Source of the DNA: a virus
Lineage: Duplodnaviria > Caudoviricetes
DNA: 63,018 nt
Strand: one strand, 5' to 3'
Virus record (IMG/VR): IMGVR_UViG_3300007541_000022
Location: 1-63,018 of that record
The notes below the pieces were generated by a model. It saw nothing but the letters and a program-made list of their open reading frames with translations. It had not been told where the DNA came from and ran no database searches. The translations under genes and the position numbers were made by a program. Of this stretch, positions 29,826 through 39,414 are shown piece by piece (positions within the stretch are counted from its first letter, which is position 1; each line of letters starts with the position of its first letter).

Positions 29826-32713
29826 TCGTCTATTAAGGAATATAAGTTACCATCGTCATCTAAAGCGTATTCTTTAGTTTCTTTAACTGTGGTTACCTCA
29901 ATACCATCCATAATTAATTTATTTTTCTTTACATAATCTAAATTAACTAAATCAATAGTTTCATCTAAGTACATGTAGTATGGGTCAATACCTGTGTGTT
30001 GCCAAAAATCAACTTCAGTATCAGATAGAGTCAAAACCTCCTCCAAAGTATCTTGGTCACCATCTCTACGAGGATACCCTCTAACCAATTCAGTTTGTGT
30101 TTTAGTAAAGAATGGTCTATCTGAAGGGTCTTCAACTAAAATTTCATCACGAATATCAGGATGAAAAACAACTATTAATGGTTCAATCCTTTTATTAAAT
30201 GCCGACAAATATCGAGATATATTGTATTCACCTAATTTATTAGGTTCATTTGTAATATCTTTTTCATCAATCAAATAACAATTTAAAACAACTTCAACAC
30301 CATCGGGTGGCATTGTTTTACCATGTTCTGCTCTATATTGTTTTTTCTCAGCGGCAGTTGATGACCAAGTATTTTTCTTTTGAACATCACCGTGAGACTT
30401 TTTTTCACCGTTATTAACATAATAAATGGTATCTCCAAGACCAACGGGTAGATTATGTTTAATTGCCAACTCCATATGTGCCTGTCGAGACATTAAAGAA
30501 CCTGATTTTGTTTTTTTAGTTATATGAAGTTTATATTCTTTAATAGATTGTTTTATACGAGCCTTATTGGCGATTTTCGCAATAGGTATTTGTTTGTTAT
30601 AGATTAAATCAACATATTCATAATAGTAATCTAAGAATTCATGACCCTTACCATCCAATAACATTCGTAGACCTTTATCCAAAAACTCAGCAACATATGT
30701 TGGTAATTTTTTAGATTTAATAGTATTACCCGTAAGTTTTACTTTACCTTTATCTGTAAGAAGTGCGTAATTCTTACGAGCTACATTAATCGTGGCGGGC
30801 CATTGACCGTCAGTATCCAATCCCATTTCACCTCTCATAAAAGTATCGTTATATTCAGCAACATCCGCTTCAGAACCCCAATACTCCTTACCTTCATCTA
30901 CTAAGTCGTTTAATCCTTGACCAATATATGAGTGACTATCTCTACCTTCAGGTACTGAAAAGTTTACACCGTCAGTATCCATAACCAAAGGTTTATATCC
31001 ACGTTGCATAAACCACATAATCATTTGACGAAGATATTGTCGTCCTGTACATGTAATTTGTTCACCCATATCCATATCACCCCATGGAAATACCTGAGGA
31101 GCAGATAAGGAACCAAAGAATGCGTTAATGAAAATTTTAATAGGTAACTGTTTACGGTTATACTTTAAAGATTCCTTTGGATTGGTTTCATATAAATCAC
31201 CCGCAAGTTTTTTGTATTTAATACGAGTATCACGGAAATACTTCAACATACTCTTCATCGCCCCCGTAACATCACATTTCGGGAAAACATCGTGAACCAA
31301 CTGAATAGATGGGTATAGTGATGAGTAGTCAAGTTTTAATACGTTAGTTGAATAACCAACCGCCAAGAGTCGTGACAACCCACCGGTAAATGGTCGTTTT
31401 TCACCTTTTTTAGGAATTGCAAGATTATTCTTATACGACCACGCAGCCATAATCATTTTCCATAATGTTGCGGTACCCATAGTTGATAGTCTTTCATATG
31501 TTGTAGGAACCAACTTTGATAGTAGGAAGTTTGCTTGATTGAACTCTTCATCTACCACCATCGTCTCCCAAATATCATCATATAGGTATCGTTCAATAAT
31601 GTAGTTACCATTAACAATTTCATAGTGACCAGGGAATCGCTCCATCAGGTTTTCTGTGCCTGGTGCTCCGACTTCTTTATACCCACCTGACTTTGGATTA
31701 AAATAGTAATCCTTATTGTCAAAATAAATTTTACCAATCTTATCACCCTGAACATACACTCGGTTTTCTTTTTCTGCTCCGATAAATTGGGTGATGTACT
31801 TAAGTCCCCAACTCTTAATGTCTGAGTTGATAGCTTGCGCTCTACGAACCGCGTGTGCAATATCAACGATATTATAACCCCACATCATAGTTTGTGTGTA
31901 GGGTTCCATTTCATTGGCAAGTTTTAACATACCCTCTTTTTGTTTTAAAGATTGTTGAGGGTTTAGTGTTTTAGCAATCTTTTTTGGGTTGAGTCCTAAA
32001 ATTTCTGCTCTGCGTAAGATAAATGGAAAATCGAAGAACGCCGAGTTATATCCACCAATAAGGGTGGGTTTAAGATACGCAATAGTATCAAAGAACTCTA
32101 TAATTACCTTTCTTTCTTCTTCATCGTTTTCACATGCAATAACTTTTTCAAAACCTTTATTGTCCTTCATTCCGATAAGGAATATTCTACTGTCCTCAGG
32201 TGATAAACCTGTGGTCTCAATATCGAATACGAATCTATGAACTTCATCGTATTCGTCAAATCCTTTAAATAATCGTTTATTTTTTTGGACTAAGTATTGT
32301 TCAGTCGGTGGAAGTACCATAATATGGTCGGAGTTTCCTCTACCCCAAGGGTCAAGACCTCCACCTTTAAAAAAGTTAATTAGATTACTATATGTTTTGG
32401 TGGACTTAACCAAATACTTAAGACCTTCTTCCATACGTTCATCGTTATGGGTGTCTAATTTTTCTATAATAATGCCATTTTCTGACATTGCTTTTTTCTG
32501 AGCAAGTTTTGAACCACCATAAAAATTTAAACCTCTTAGGTCTCCAACCCACGCAAATGGAATAAATGTGTCTGATTTAATAACTTTACCCTGCTCAGGG
32601 TGTTGAATAATTTTGAATATTTTTCCTGAAGCGTAATCATATTCTAACGCCACGATATATTTTTCAGGGTCCTCTCCGAGGAGGAAATCTTCAATTTCTT
32701 TTTGTGATACCAT
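29822..32713 (-). CDS. polB: Family B DNA polymerase
   Basis: Exo I FDIETTG, Exo II YNSAFFDFPFI, Pol A DYSSLYPS, Pol B KIFINAFFG, Pol C MDTDG; likely start ATG 32713 (MVSQKEI). Confidence 0.95.
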   Translation of the reverse strand: MVSQKEIEDFLLGEDPEKYIVALEYDYASGKIFKIIQHPEQGKVIKSDTFIPFAWVGDLRGLNFYGGSKLAQKKAMSENGIIIEKLDTHNDERMEEGLKYLVKSTKTYSNLINFFKGGGLDPWGRGNSDHIMVLPPTEQYLVQKNKRLFKGFDEYDEVHRFVFDIETTGLSPEDSRIFLIGMKDNKGFEKVIACENDEEERKVIIEFFDTIAYLKPTLIGGYNSAFFDFPFILRRAEILGLNPKKIAKTLNPQQSLKQKEGMLKLANEMEPYTQTMMWGYNIVDIAHAVRRAQAINSDIKSWGLKYITQFIGAEKENRVYVQGDKIGKIYFDNKDYYFNPKSGGYKEVGAPGTENLMERFPGHYEIVNGNYIIERYLYDDIWETMVVDEEFNQANFLLSKLVPTTYERLSTMGTATLWKMIMAAWSYKNNLAIPKKGEKRPFTGGLSRLLAVGYSTNVLKLDYSSLYPSIQLVHDVFPKCDVTGAMKSMLKYFRDTRIKYKKLAGDLYETNPKESLKYNRKQLPIKIFINAFFGSLSAPQVFPWGDMDMGEQITCTGRQYLRQMIMWFMQRGYKPLVMDTDGVNFSVPEGRDSHSYIGQGLNDLVDEGKEYWGSEADVAEYNDTFMRGEMGLDTDGQWPATINVARKNYALLTDKGKVKLTGNTIKSKKLPTYVAEFLDKGLRMLLDGKGHEFLDYYYEYVDLIYNKQIPIAKIANKARIKQSIKEYKLHITKKTKSGSLMSRQAHMELAIKHNLPVGLGDTIYYVNNGEKKSHGDVQKKNTWSSTAAEKKQYRAEHGKTMPPDGVEVVLNCYLIDEKDITNEPNKLGEYNISRYLSAFNKRIEPLIVVFHPDIRDEILVEDPSDRPFFTKTQTELVRGYPRRDGDQDTLEEVLTLSDTEVDFWQHTGIDPYYMYLDETIDLVNLDYVKKNKLIMDGIEVTTVKETKEYALDDDGNLYSLIDD

Positions 32714-32787
32714 AATATTTGTTTTTTTCGTCTGAGACATTATACTCACATCGTTTTGATGTGATTACTCTTTGACACTTAAAACAA

Positions 32788-32816
32788 ATAATAATGGAAA
32801 TTTAAATCTTTGTCAA
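32788..32816 (-). promoter_or_regulatory. Sigma70-type promoter for DNA polymerase
   Basis: Minus strand TTGACA (32816-32811), 17 nt spacer, TATTAT (32793-32788). Confidence 0.75.
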
Positions 32817-33166
32817 ATGATATTGATGTAAAGATTTTCTCTAATTGGTGCAATTAATTCCCCCATCGAATTTACAATATGGAACTCACCAATGAAACGA
32901 CCCTTGTTTTTTGTATCTCGTTTACTCCATTTATAATAAATGTAATATTCTTTTGGGGCATCAGGATTTTGTTGAATCTTTTCTGTGATGTAAGCGTTGT
33001 TCATTAAAACTTTTGGAATACCATTGCTCTCGTCTTTCATAGTAAAACGAATAGTAGCAGTATCGAGGTCGGCATCAAATATTTTATTGGCATTTGTTCT
33101 ACCGTCTTTTACTACTTGCATCTTTAAGATGGGTAACTCACTATTTTGTTTAATAAAAAATTCCAT
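32813..33166 (-). CDS. Structural Ig/BppU-like protein, paralog 1
   Basis: Likely start 33166 MEFFIKQNSELPILKMQVVKDGR; YYKW...DTKNKGRFIGEF. Confidence 0.65.
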   Translation of the reverse strand: MEFFIKQNSELPILKMQVVKDGRTNANKIFDADLDTATIRFTMKDESNGIPKVLMNNAYITEKIQQNPDAPKEYYIYYKWSKRDTKNKGRFIGEFHIVNSMGELIAPIRENLYINII

Positions 33167-33167
33167 A

Positions 33168-33563
33168 TTATATTCTGTTTGGTCTACAACATAAATCAGG
33201 GACACTTATTGAATCTCTGACATTTATAAATAGTTTCTTTCTTAAAGGCAATATAATCTCACCCTGTTCGTTAGATATTTTAAACTCACCAATATAGCGA
33301 CCAGGTTTTCTCGTCTCATGTGAACTTAACTGATAATAGACATAATATTCAACTTCAGGACTATCACCTGTTGCTTCTTTTACCATTGTCTGAGCGGCTT
33401 TATTCACCACATAATATTTTTCAGTTTCTTCGTCCCACATACTAAAAGTAATAGTCGATGTATTTGTTAAGTTATCAAACTCACGAAAATCAACACGACC
33501 ATCCTTTATTATTTGGACTTTTACTATCGGTAAGGTACTATTTTTTCTTATAAAAAATTCCAT
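33168..33563 (-). CDS. Structural Ig/BppU-like protein, paralog 2
   Basis: MEFFIRKNSTLPIVKVQIIKDGR...ETRKPGRYIGEF; clearly paralogous to the neighbour. Confidence 0.65.
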   Translation of the reverse strand: MEFFIRKNSTLPIVKVQIIKDGRVDFREFDNLTNTSTITFSMWDEETEKYYVVNKAAQTMVKEATGDSPEVEYYVYYQLSSHETRKPGRYIGEFKISNEQGEIILPLRKKLFINVRDSISVPDLCCRPNRI

Positions 33564-35641
33564 TATGCTACAGGTGTTACATTAAAATTTGGGTCACAAT
33601 CAGTCTCAGATATATTGAAACCAAAGTCACAAGTTATTTCATTAGATACAAAGTCAAAGTTACATGCGGCTTCTTCAATGTTAAAGTTAAAGAAACAACC
33701 TAATAGACATGGATAACAGTTAGAACACCAAAAATCATATAAATCAAATCTAGATTTTAATAATCTTGCATTATGCTGTATTTGTGGTGTACTTAATGGT
33801 TCGGTATACATTCTAAATTGTGATATACCACCCATAAAAGTCCCTCCAAAATTAGGCTCCATAATAATATCGGTGGTTAAACCTGAAAGTGAAGTGCCCG
33901 ATAAAACTTCATTTGGCATCGATTCAGGGTCCTGTATATATGGGCCGTCAGTTGATGTACATGCACTAAACATTAAACTTTCCCTAAGACCTTGAGTTCC
34001 CCCACCCCAACTAATATTAAAAGGTACCCCAAGCTGTTTTTCTTTTTGAGTATTTAATTCACGAGGAATAATCTCTTCAAAGTCTTCAATAACCATAAAG
34101 AGATATCCATTAACATAAAGTTTTAACAAACCTTTTCTTTTGTCTTTTTCTCTTAACCATTTACGATTAAGTTCTGTAATATTTGTTAATTTTTCTTTTG
34201 TTGAACCAATATGTGTTTGTGGAGGCATAATAAGATTTGGAGACGCACCATTTATTGATGATGGGTATAGTAACTCCCTTATATCGCCAAGACCTCCCCA
34301 ATTTATTAAATCACAACCCTCAAGAGTTTCATACCTCTCAAAGACTGCTGAAATCATAACCCATCTTTCTTCTGTATTTGCAGTTAAACACACTAAACTA
34401 TCATAACCACAATCATCATAAATTCCTCTAATGGAACATATTTCATTAACACAATACCCTGATGAGTATGTTAACCCTGTCGTACCACAACTACCCGTTG
34501 TTATACAATCACCAGTTAATTTTATATACTTAACACATAAATGTGGATTTTTTGGGTCCCCATCTAACCTTATTGTCATTGCGTTTGAAAATACATCTTT
34601 ACCTGGGTCAACAGGTGGATTTATTACCTCAGTATTGTATCCACCGCAATTACTGATATTATGATGAACAGTAGTTGCGGTCGTTGGAAAAACATTAAAA
34701 CAGTTTGAATTTGTAACTCCTGTATCGGAACACGCACAAGTTTTTATACATTCGGTTAATCCTGATGTTACTCTAATATATTTCCAATCGGTTACATTAC
34801 CCACCACATCAATACCAAAATCACATTTAAAGGTATTCACTGTTTGAACATCTCCTGACGCAGGATGATAATATTTGTTTTCCGCTCTTGCACCAAAGAA
34901 AAAGAACATACCTGAATTATCAGGATAAACATCATTTAAATAAACTTCTGAAGGTTGAATTTCATACTCATCTCTTTGTCTAGGTTTAATGACTGTTTCC
35001 ATCGTCCAACCTTTATTAACTCTTTCAGGAAATACTTCATAATCGTAACCATACAACTTATAAAAACCTTGGTAGAATCCTCCATACAATTCGTTATAAT
35101 AACCTGCGTTACTATCTTCTTTAGAGACTATATTATATATTGTTTTTGAATTTCCTGAAAATCTATGGTTTGGCCAATCAGCATATGAAGTTACTGGATG
35201 TAATTTTAATCTTCGGTCGTAGTAATGAGGGTTAAATTTTTCAAAGTCATTTATACCCATAGTAAAAGTAATACTTTCACCTGACATCTTATTATATAAA
35301 CCATTATCGGTCGCAGTTAAACCTATATCACATAAAGTGGTTGCGGTCTTACAAAATAAATCTTCATTATTTGGATTATAATAATTTTTAGAAATTACAG
35401 TATTACCTGTGTAGTTAACGTTCCATAATAAAGTCATTTTTTGATTAGATAGTAATGAATTTAAATCAATGTTAACCGGTAGTCTATTACCATCATTTTC
35501 AGCAATAATATTATTTGAGAATACGACTTCTTCATCGTAATCTCTTTCGTCCGACGCTAAAGTTAAATCAAAATAACTACTGTTATCTAACTTAATATCG
35601 TACCTATTGAAATAGTAATTATTAATATTCTGACTAGCCAT
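33563..35641 (-). CDS. Cys-rich LamG/concanavalin-like virion protein
   Basis: GWTMETVIK, LKLYVNG, FMGGISQFRMYTEPLSTPQIQHN (LamG-type ends); about 24 Cys. Confidence 0.6.
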   Translation of the reverse strand: MASQNINNYYFNRYDIKLDNSSYFDLTLASDERDYDEEVVFSNNIIAENDGNRLPVNIDLNSLLSNQKMTLLWNVNYTGNTVISKNYYNPNNEDLFCKTATTLCDIGLTATDNGLYNKMSGESITFTMGINDFEKFNPHYYDRRLKLHPVTSYADWPNHRFSGNSKTIYNIVSKEDSNAGYYNELYGGFYQGFYKLYGYDYEVFPERVNKGWTMETVIKPRQRDEYEIQPSEVYLNDVYPDNSGMFFFFGARAENKYYHPASGDVQTVNTFKCDFGIDVVGNVTDWKYIRVTSGLTECIKTCACSDTGVTNSNCFNVFPTTATTVHHNISNCGGYNTEVINPPVDPGKDVFSNAMTIRLDGDPKNPHLCVKYIKLTGDCITTGSCGTTGLTYSSGYCVNEICSIRGIYDDCGYDSLVCLTANTEERWVMISAVFERYETLEGCDLINWGGLGDIRELLYPSSINGASPNLIMPPQTHIGSTKEKLTNITELNRKWLREKDKRKGLLKLYVNGYLFMVIEDFEEIIPRELNTQKEKQLGVPFNISWGGGTQGLRESLMFSACTSTDGPYIQDPESMPNEVLSGTSLSGLTTDIIMEPNFGGTFMGGISQFRMYTEPLSTPQIQHNARLLKSRFDLYDFWCSNCYPCLLGCFFNFNIEEAACNFDFVSNEITCDFGFNISETDCDPNFNVTPVA

Positions 35642-35656
35642 GAATGGTTTTTATAG

Positions 35657-35682
35657 ATAAATACTTTGTTCGGAGTATTTAT
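35657..35682. promoter_or_regulatory. Back-to-back TATTTAT promoter pair forming a 9-bp inverted repeat
   Basis: ATAAATACT (35657-35665) ttgttcgg AGTATTTAT (35674-35682) between divergent genes. Confidence 0.65.
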
Positions 35683-35697
35683 AGTAAAAAAGAATCT

Positions 35698-36438
35698 ATG
35701 AAATCATATCTTTATAAAACAGAAGAGGGTGCAACTAACGCGGCAAAAGAGTTAGGGTGTAAAGGTTTTCATAAACACAAAAGAAATACTTTCATGCCTT
35801 GCGAATCCCACAAACAGTTTTTAGAAAAAACTAAGCCAAAAAAATCTGAAGGTGAACTTGATGAACTTATTGATTTTGATGGCACTATGTTAAACTCTAA
35901 AGTGCCAATTTTAGACCCACATGTTACCGCTAGAGGCGATGAAACTATGGATAAAACCGTAGCAATGACACGAATAACACAAGACCCTCTTATGAGAGGA
36001 TATAGAGTTTACTATGGAGAGTCAGTAGTTAGAGAAGAGGATATGGCAGACGCATTTGGGTTTGAGGAGACTAAATTTATGGATGCGGAAGAAACTATAG
36101 ATTACTTTATGAAAGAACTTGGGTTTGAAGAAGATGAGGCTGAGGGTAGAGCAGATGAAATGGGTAAAGATGAAGATTTAGATAATAGCTCACCATATAA
36201 GAAAAATAAAAATTTTGTTATGAAGGGTCGTCTAACTGAAAAAGGTAAACCGTTAAGTAAAGAAGAAATATTAAAGATGGCCGAAGATTCATTAGTCACT
36301 AAAAGCGATGAAAAAGATTTAAAATTAAAAAAATCTATTTCACCTATATTAAGTAGAAATATTAAAGCGATTAAAAAATTAGCAGTTATGGATGGTATTT
36401 CTGTTAATGAATTAATTAAAATGTTAAAAAATGAATAA
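35698..36438 (+). CDS. Hypothetical protein with N-terminal GC.G.H.H...MPC..H metal-binding module
   Basis: Start moved to ATG 35698 (after TATTTAT). AKELGCKGFHKHKRNTFMPCESH resembles the DUF3721-like module. Confidence 0.65.
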   Translation: MKSYLYKTEEGATNAAKELGCKGFHKHKRNTFMPCESHKQFLEKTKPKKSEGELDELIDFDGTMLNSKVPILDPHVTARGDETMDKTVAMTRITQDPLMRGYRVYYGESVVREEDMADAFGFEETKFMDAEETIDYFMKELGFEEDEAEGRADEMGKDEDLDNSSPYKKNKNFVMKGRLTEKGKPLSKEEILKMAEDSLVTKSDEKDLKLKKSISPILSRNIKAIKKLAVMDGISVNELIKMLKNE

Positions 36439-36895
36439 AGACCTTTATAATAAAAAAGTAAAGTTACCTGATTCTTTAAAAGACCACCTCTCTAAAAGTT
36501 TTGAGATGGTTGAAGCGGATAGTAATATAGAAGGTTATAATAGAAACAAAGAATTAAGGGAAAGCGGTATCATGACTTACCAACAACTTAAAAGAGTTAA
36601 GAATTGGTTCGACCAATATAATGGTAACAAAGAAGATGCTCCTTTTATACTTAATGGTGGAGATAGAATGCAAAAATGGTGTGACCACGTTCTTGACCAT
36701 TGGAGAAACAGATTAGAAACAAGTAAGAAAGCCAAATCTGAAGGTGGTATGGATAATCAATATATTCAAAACCACACTAAAGATGGAATAGTTGTTAATC
36801 CAAATGACAAACACGAAAAAGGGATTAATAAATATGATACTGCAGTGACAGAACAAATTAAACAAATAAACTCATTAATGAAAACATTATTATAA
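36431..36895 (+). CDS. Hypothetical protein (GGD..W domain)
   Basis: LKRVKNWFD...LNGGDRMQKW; overlaps previous stop. Confidence 0.65.
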   Translation: MNKDLYNKKVKLPDSLKDHLSKSFEMVEADSNIEGYNRNKELRESGIMTYQQLKRVKNWFDQYNGNKEDAPFILNGGDRMQKWCDHVLDHWRNRLETSKKAKSEGGMDNQYIQNHTKDGIVVNPNDKHEKGINKYDTAVTEQIKQINSLMKTLL

Positions 36896-37188
36896 TGGCA
36901 ACACAAAACGACAAATTACAATTTGACCAGCCAGCAAATAAATTATCAGAAATTGCTGAGGTTGAAAGAGGTAAATTATTTCCTAAAAATGATTTTTCAC
37001 CTAAATCTGAATCTTATTCACCACAACATCCTGACGCATTAGCGGATGGAGATAATATAGGTAGGGGTACTGCTAACTTCTTGGATGTATATAACGAAAA
37101 CGCAGGAACTTCAACTGATATTCAAGAAAGAGTCAGTGAAATTAAAATTAATAAATTTAATTCAAACAAGACATATCCTAATTTCTAA
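36895..37188 (+). CDS. Hypothetical protein
   Basis: TAATG-coupled ORF; HPDALADGD.IGRG motif. Confidence 0.65.
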   Translation: MATQNDKLQFDQPANKLSEIAEVERGKLFPKNDFSPKSESYSPQHPDALADGDNIGRGTANFLDVYNENAGTSTDIQERVSEIKINKFNSNKTYPNF

Positions 37189-37577
37189 TGGAACTTTTAA
37201 AGACATTCAAAGGACTTCTTAATGAGGTGGCGTCTCTTAATGATATTCAAAAATCAATAAGAGATAAGAATGTCACGATTATATATTACGATGGTGATAA
37301 CCCTGGTGGTACGGGGTTAAGAACCATCGAGCCTGTATGTATTGGGTATAGTAAAAGGGGTAATCTAGTTTTAAGGGCGTGGGACCGTGATGGTGCATCT
37401 CATACTGCAACAATAGGTGAAAAACCTCTACCTGGTTGGAGAATGTTCAGGGTTGATAAAATCTTTACTTATAAACCAACTATTGATAAGTTTACTGAGA
37501 TGAGACCAGGTTATAACCCTAATGGTGATAAAAGTATGACAAGTGTTATACTAAACGCAAAATTTAACAACGAATAA
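37188..37577 (+). CDS. Stand-alone WYL-domain protein with L-x-E leader
   Basis: IYYDG...RTIEPVCIG...LVLRAWD...WRMFRVDKI fits the WYL pattern; no HTH or WCX domain. Confidence 0.75.
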   Translation: MELLKTFKGLLNEVASLNDIQKSIRDKNVTIIYYDGDNPGGTGLRTIEPVCIGYSKRGNLVLRAWDRDGASHTATIGEKPLPGWRMFRVDKIFTYKPTIDKFTEMRPGYNPNGDKSMTSVILNAKFNNE

Positions 37578-37578
37578 T

Positions 37579-38154
37579 ATGAGTGATTTAATGCAAAAAT
37601 TGGCGGTATCTAAAAAAATAATGGATAAACACAGAGAAACCCCAAGAGGACAAGTATCAGGTAACTTACCTATTAACGAAAATATTAACGGAATTTATAA
37701 TATTCCTAATGAAGTATTACAAGAATCATCACAACCGCCTGTCAGACAGACAATTCAAGTTAATCAACCTGTCAGTAATGATGCAATTAAAAACTCAAAA
37801 TTACCTGAGGAGATAAAAAGATTAATGATTGAAAACCCTATCGCACAACCACAAATGGGTGGTCCTGTTTTGTCTGATGAAATTATAGAAGGTGCCTCAA
37901 GATTAATGGGACGTAGTAATACCACAACACCCCAACAACAACCTAAAGAACAAACCGTACTTGAAAATGTAGACCTAAAACAAATGATTAGGGATGTTGT
38001 TCGTGATACGGTAAGAGATGTAGTAAAAGAAGAATTACAAAACGCAGGTCTTTTAAGTGAATCGTCTCAAAATACAAACGAAACCCTTTCTCTTAGGGTT
38101 GGTAAACATATATTTGAAGGAAAAGTATTGAAAATTAAAAAGGTTAAACAGTAA
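37579..38154 (+). CDS. Hypothetical Gln/Pro-rich protein
   Basis: SKLPEEIKRLMIENPI motif; coupled in operon. Confidence 0.65.
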   Translation: MSDLMQKLAVSKKIMDKHRETPRGQVSGNLPINENINGIYNIPNEVLQESSQPPVRQTIQVNQPVSNDAIKNSKLPEEIKRLMIENPIAQPQMGGPVLSDEIIEGASRLMGRSNTTTPQQQPKEQTVLENVDLKQMIRDVVRDTVRDVVKEELQNAGLLSESSQNTNETLSLRVGKHIFEGKVLKIKKVKQ

Positions 38155-38208
38155 TATACCTTTTCTTATTACTTAACTTTTCTTATACTTTGTCTAAAAG
38201 TAAAATAT

Positions 38209-39414
38209 ATGACAAAGATAAGAGTTTTAGTTTTGCCCTCAGATAGAACGGGCGTAGGGAAATTCCGTTCAGTGGAACCCCACATCTTCTTACAAAATAA
38301 GTATCCCGAAGATTTTCACGTAGATATAGATTATGAACCAAAAGTTGACGATGACAACTATTGGAAGAATTATGATATTGTCCATTTTCATAGAACAATC
38401 ACTAAGGACTATGTAAGTACACCTAAACTTATAGAAAAGTTAAAAGGATGGGGAATTGTAACCATTGCCGATATCGATGACTATTGGTTACCAACAATTG
38501 AACACCCCGCACATGCGATGATTACCGCGAATAAGTTACATACGAAAATTATGGACAATCTACGGGCAGCTCAGTATGTGACAACAACTACAAATATTTT
38601 TGCACAAGAGATTAAAAAATTGAATAAAAATGTTTTTGTTCTACCAAACGCTATTAACCCTAACGAACCTCAATTTAAAGAGGAAACAAAACCATCAGAT
38701 AAATTAAGATTTGGGTGGTTAGGTGGTTCATCACATCTACATGATTTAAAACTATTGGATGGAGCATTCACAAGAAATAGTGATATAATAGACCAATTTG
38801 ATTTATATTTGTGTGGATTTGACATTAGAGGTACCGTAACCGAAATAGACCAAAGAACTGGTCAACAAAAACAAAGACCAATTAAACCTGAAGAAACTGT
38901 ATGGGCTCGTTATGAAGAAATTTTTACAAACAATTATAAATTTGTTGATGAGGATTATAAGAAATATTTGATGACCTACAAACAGGAACCATATAATAAT
39001 GAAAATTTTTACCATAGAGTATGGACACAACCTGTTACATCATACGCTAAAAACTACTCCAAATTTGATGTTTCATTAGCACCAATTAAAAATCATATTT
39101 TTAATCGAATGAAATCTCAGTTAAAAGTTATCGAGGCAGGTTTTTATAAAAAAGCGTTAATCGCTTCTGAAGTAGGACCATATACAATTGATTTGAAACA
39201 CGCATTACAAAATGGTAACTTTACCGATGGAAATGCACTTTTAGTTAAAGAACATAGAAATCACGGGGATTGGGCTAAACATATAAAAAAATTGGTCAAA
39301 AACCCTTCAATGGTGCAAGACTTAGGTGAGAGATTATACGAAACAGTTAAAGATACATACGACTTAAATAACGTTACAGATACTAGAGCACAAATTTATA
39401 AATCCTTAATATAA
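38209..39414 (+). CDS. Glycosyltransferase, GT-B/GT4-like
   Basis: DIDDYW, VLPNAI, RFGWLGGSSH..DL, DVSLAPI...FNRMKSQLKVIEAG. Confidence 0.85.
   Translation: MTKIRVLVLPSDRTGVGKFRSVEPHIFLQNKYPEDFHVDIDYEPKVDDDNYWKNYDIVHFHRTITKDYVSTPKLIEKLKGWGIVTIADIDDYWLPTIEHPAHAMITANKLHTKIMDNLRAAQYVTTTTNIFAQEIKKLNKNVFVLPNAINPNEPQFKEETKPSDKLRFGWLGGSSHLHDLKLLDGAFTRNSDIIDQFDLYLCGFDIRGTVTEIDQRTGQQKQRPIKPEETVWARYEEIFTNNYKFVDEDYKKYLMTYKQEPYNNENFYHRVWTQPVTSYAKNYSKFDVSLAPIKNHIFNRMKSQLKVIEAGFYKKALIASEVGPYTIDLKHALQNGNFTDGNALLVKEHRNHGDWAKHIKKLVKNPSMVQDLGERLYETVKDTYDLNNVTDTRAQIYKSLI

Noticed and set aside
29822-32749. Intron or intein in polymerase, helicase or RecA
   Set aside because: Motif spacing is continuous; no intein N-terminal C or C-terminal HN signature or homing endonuclease motif seen.
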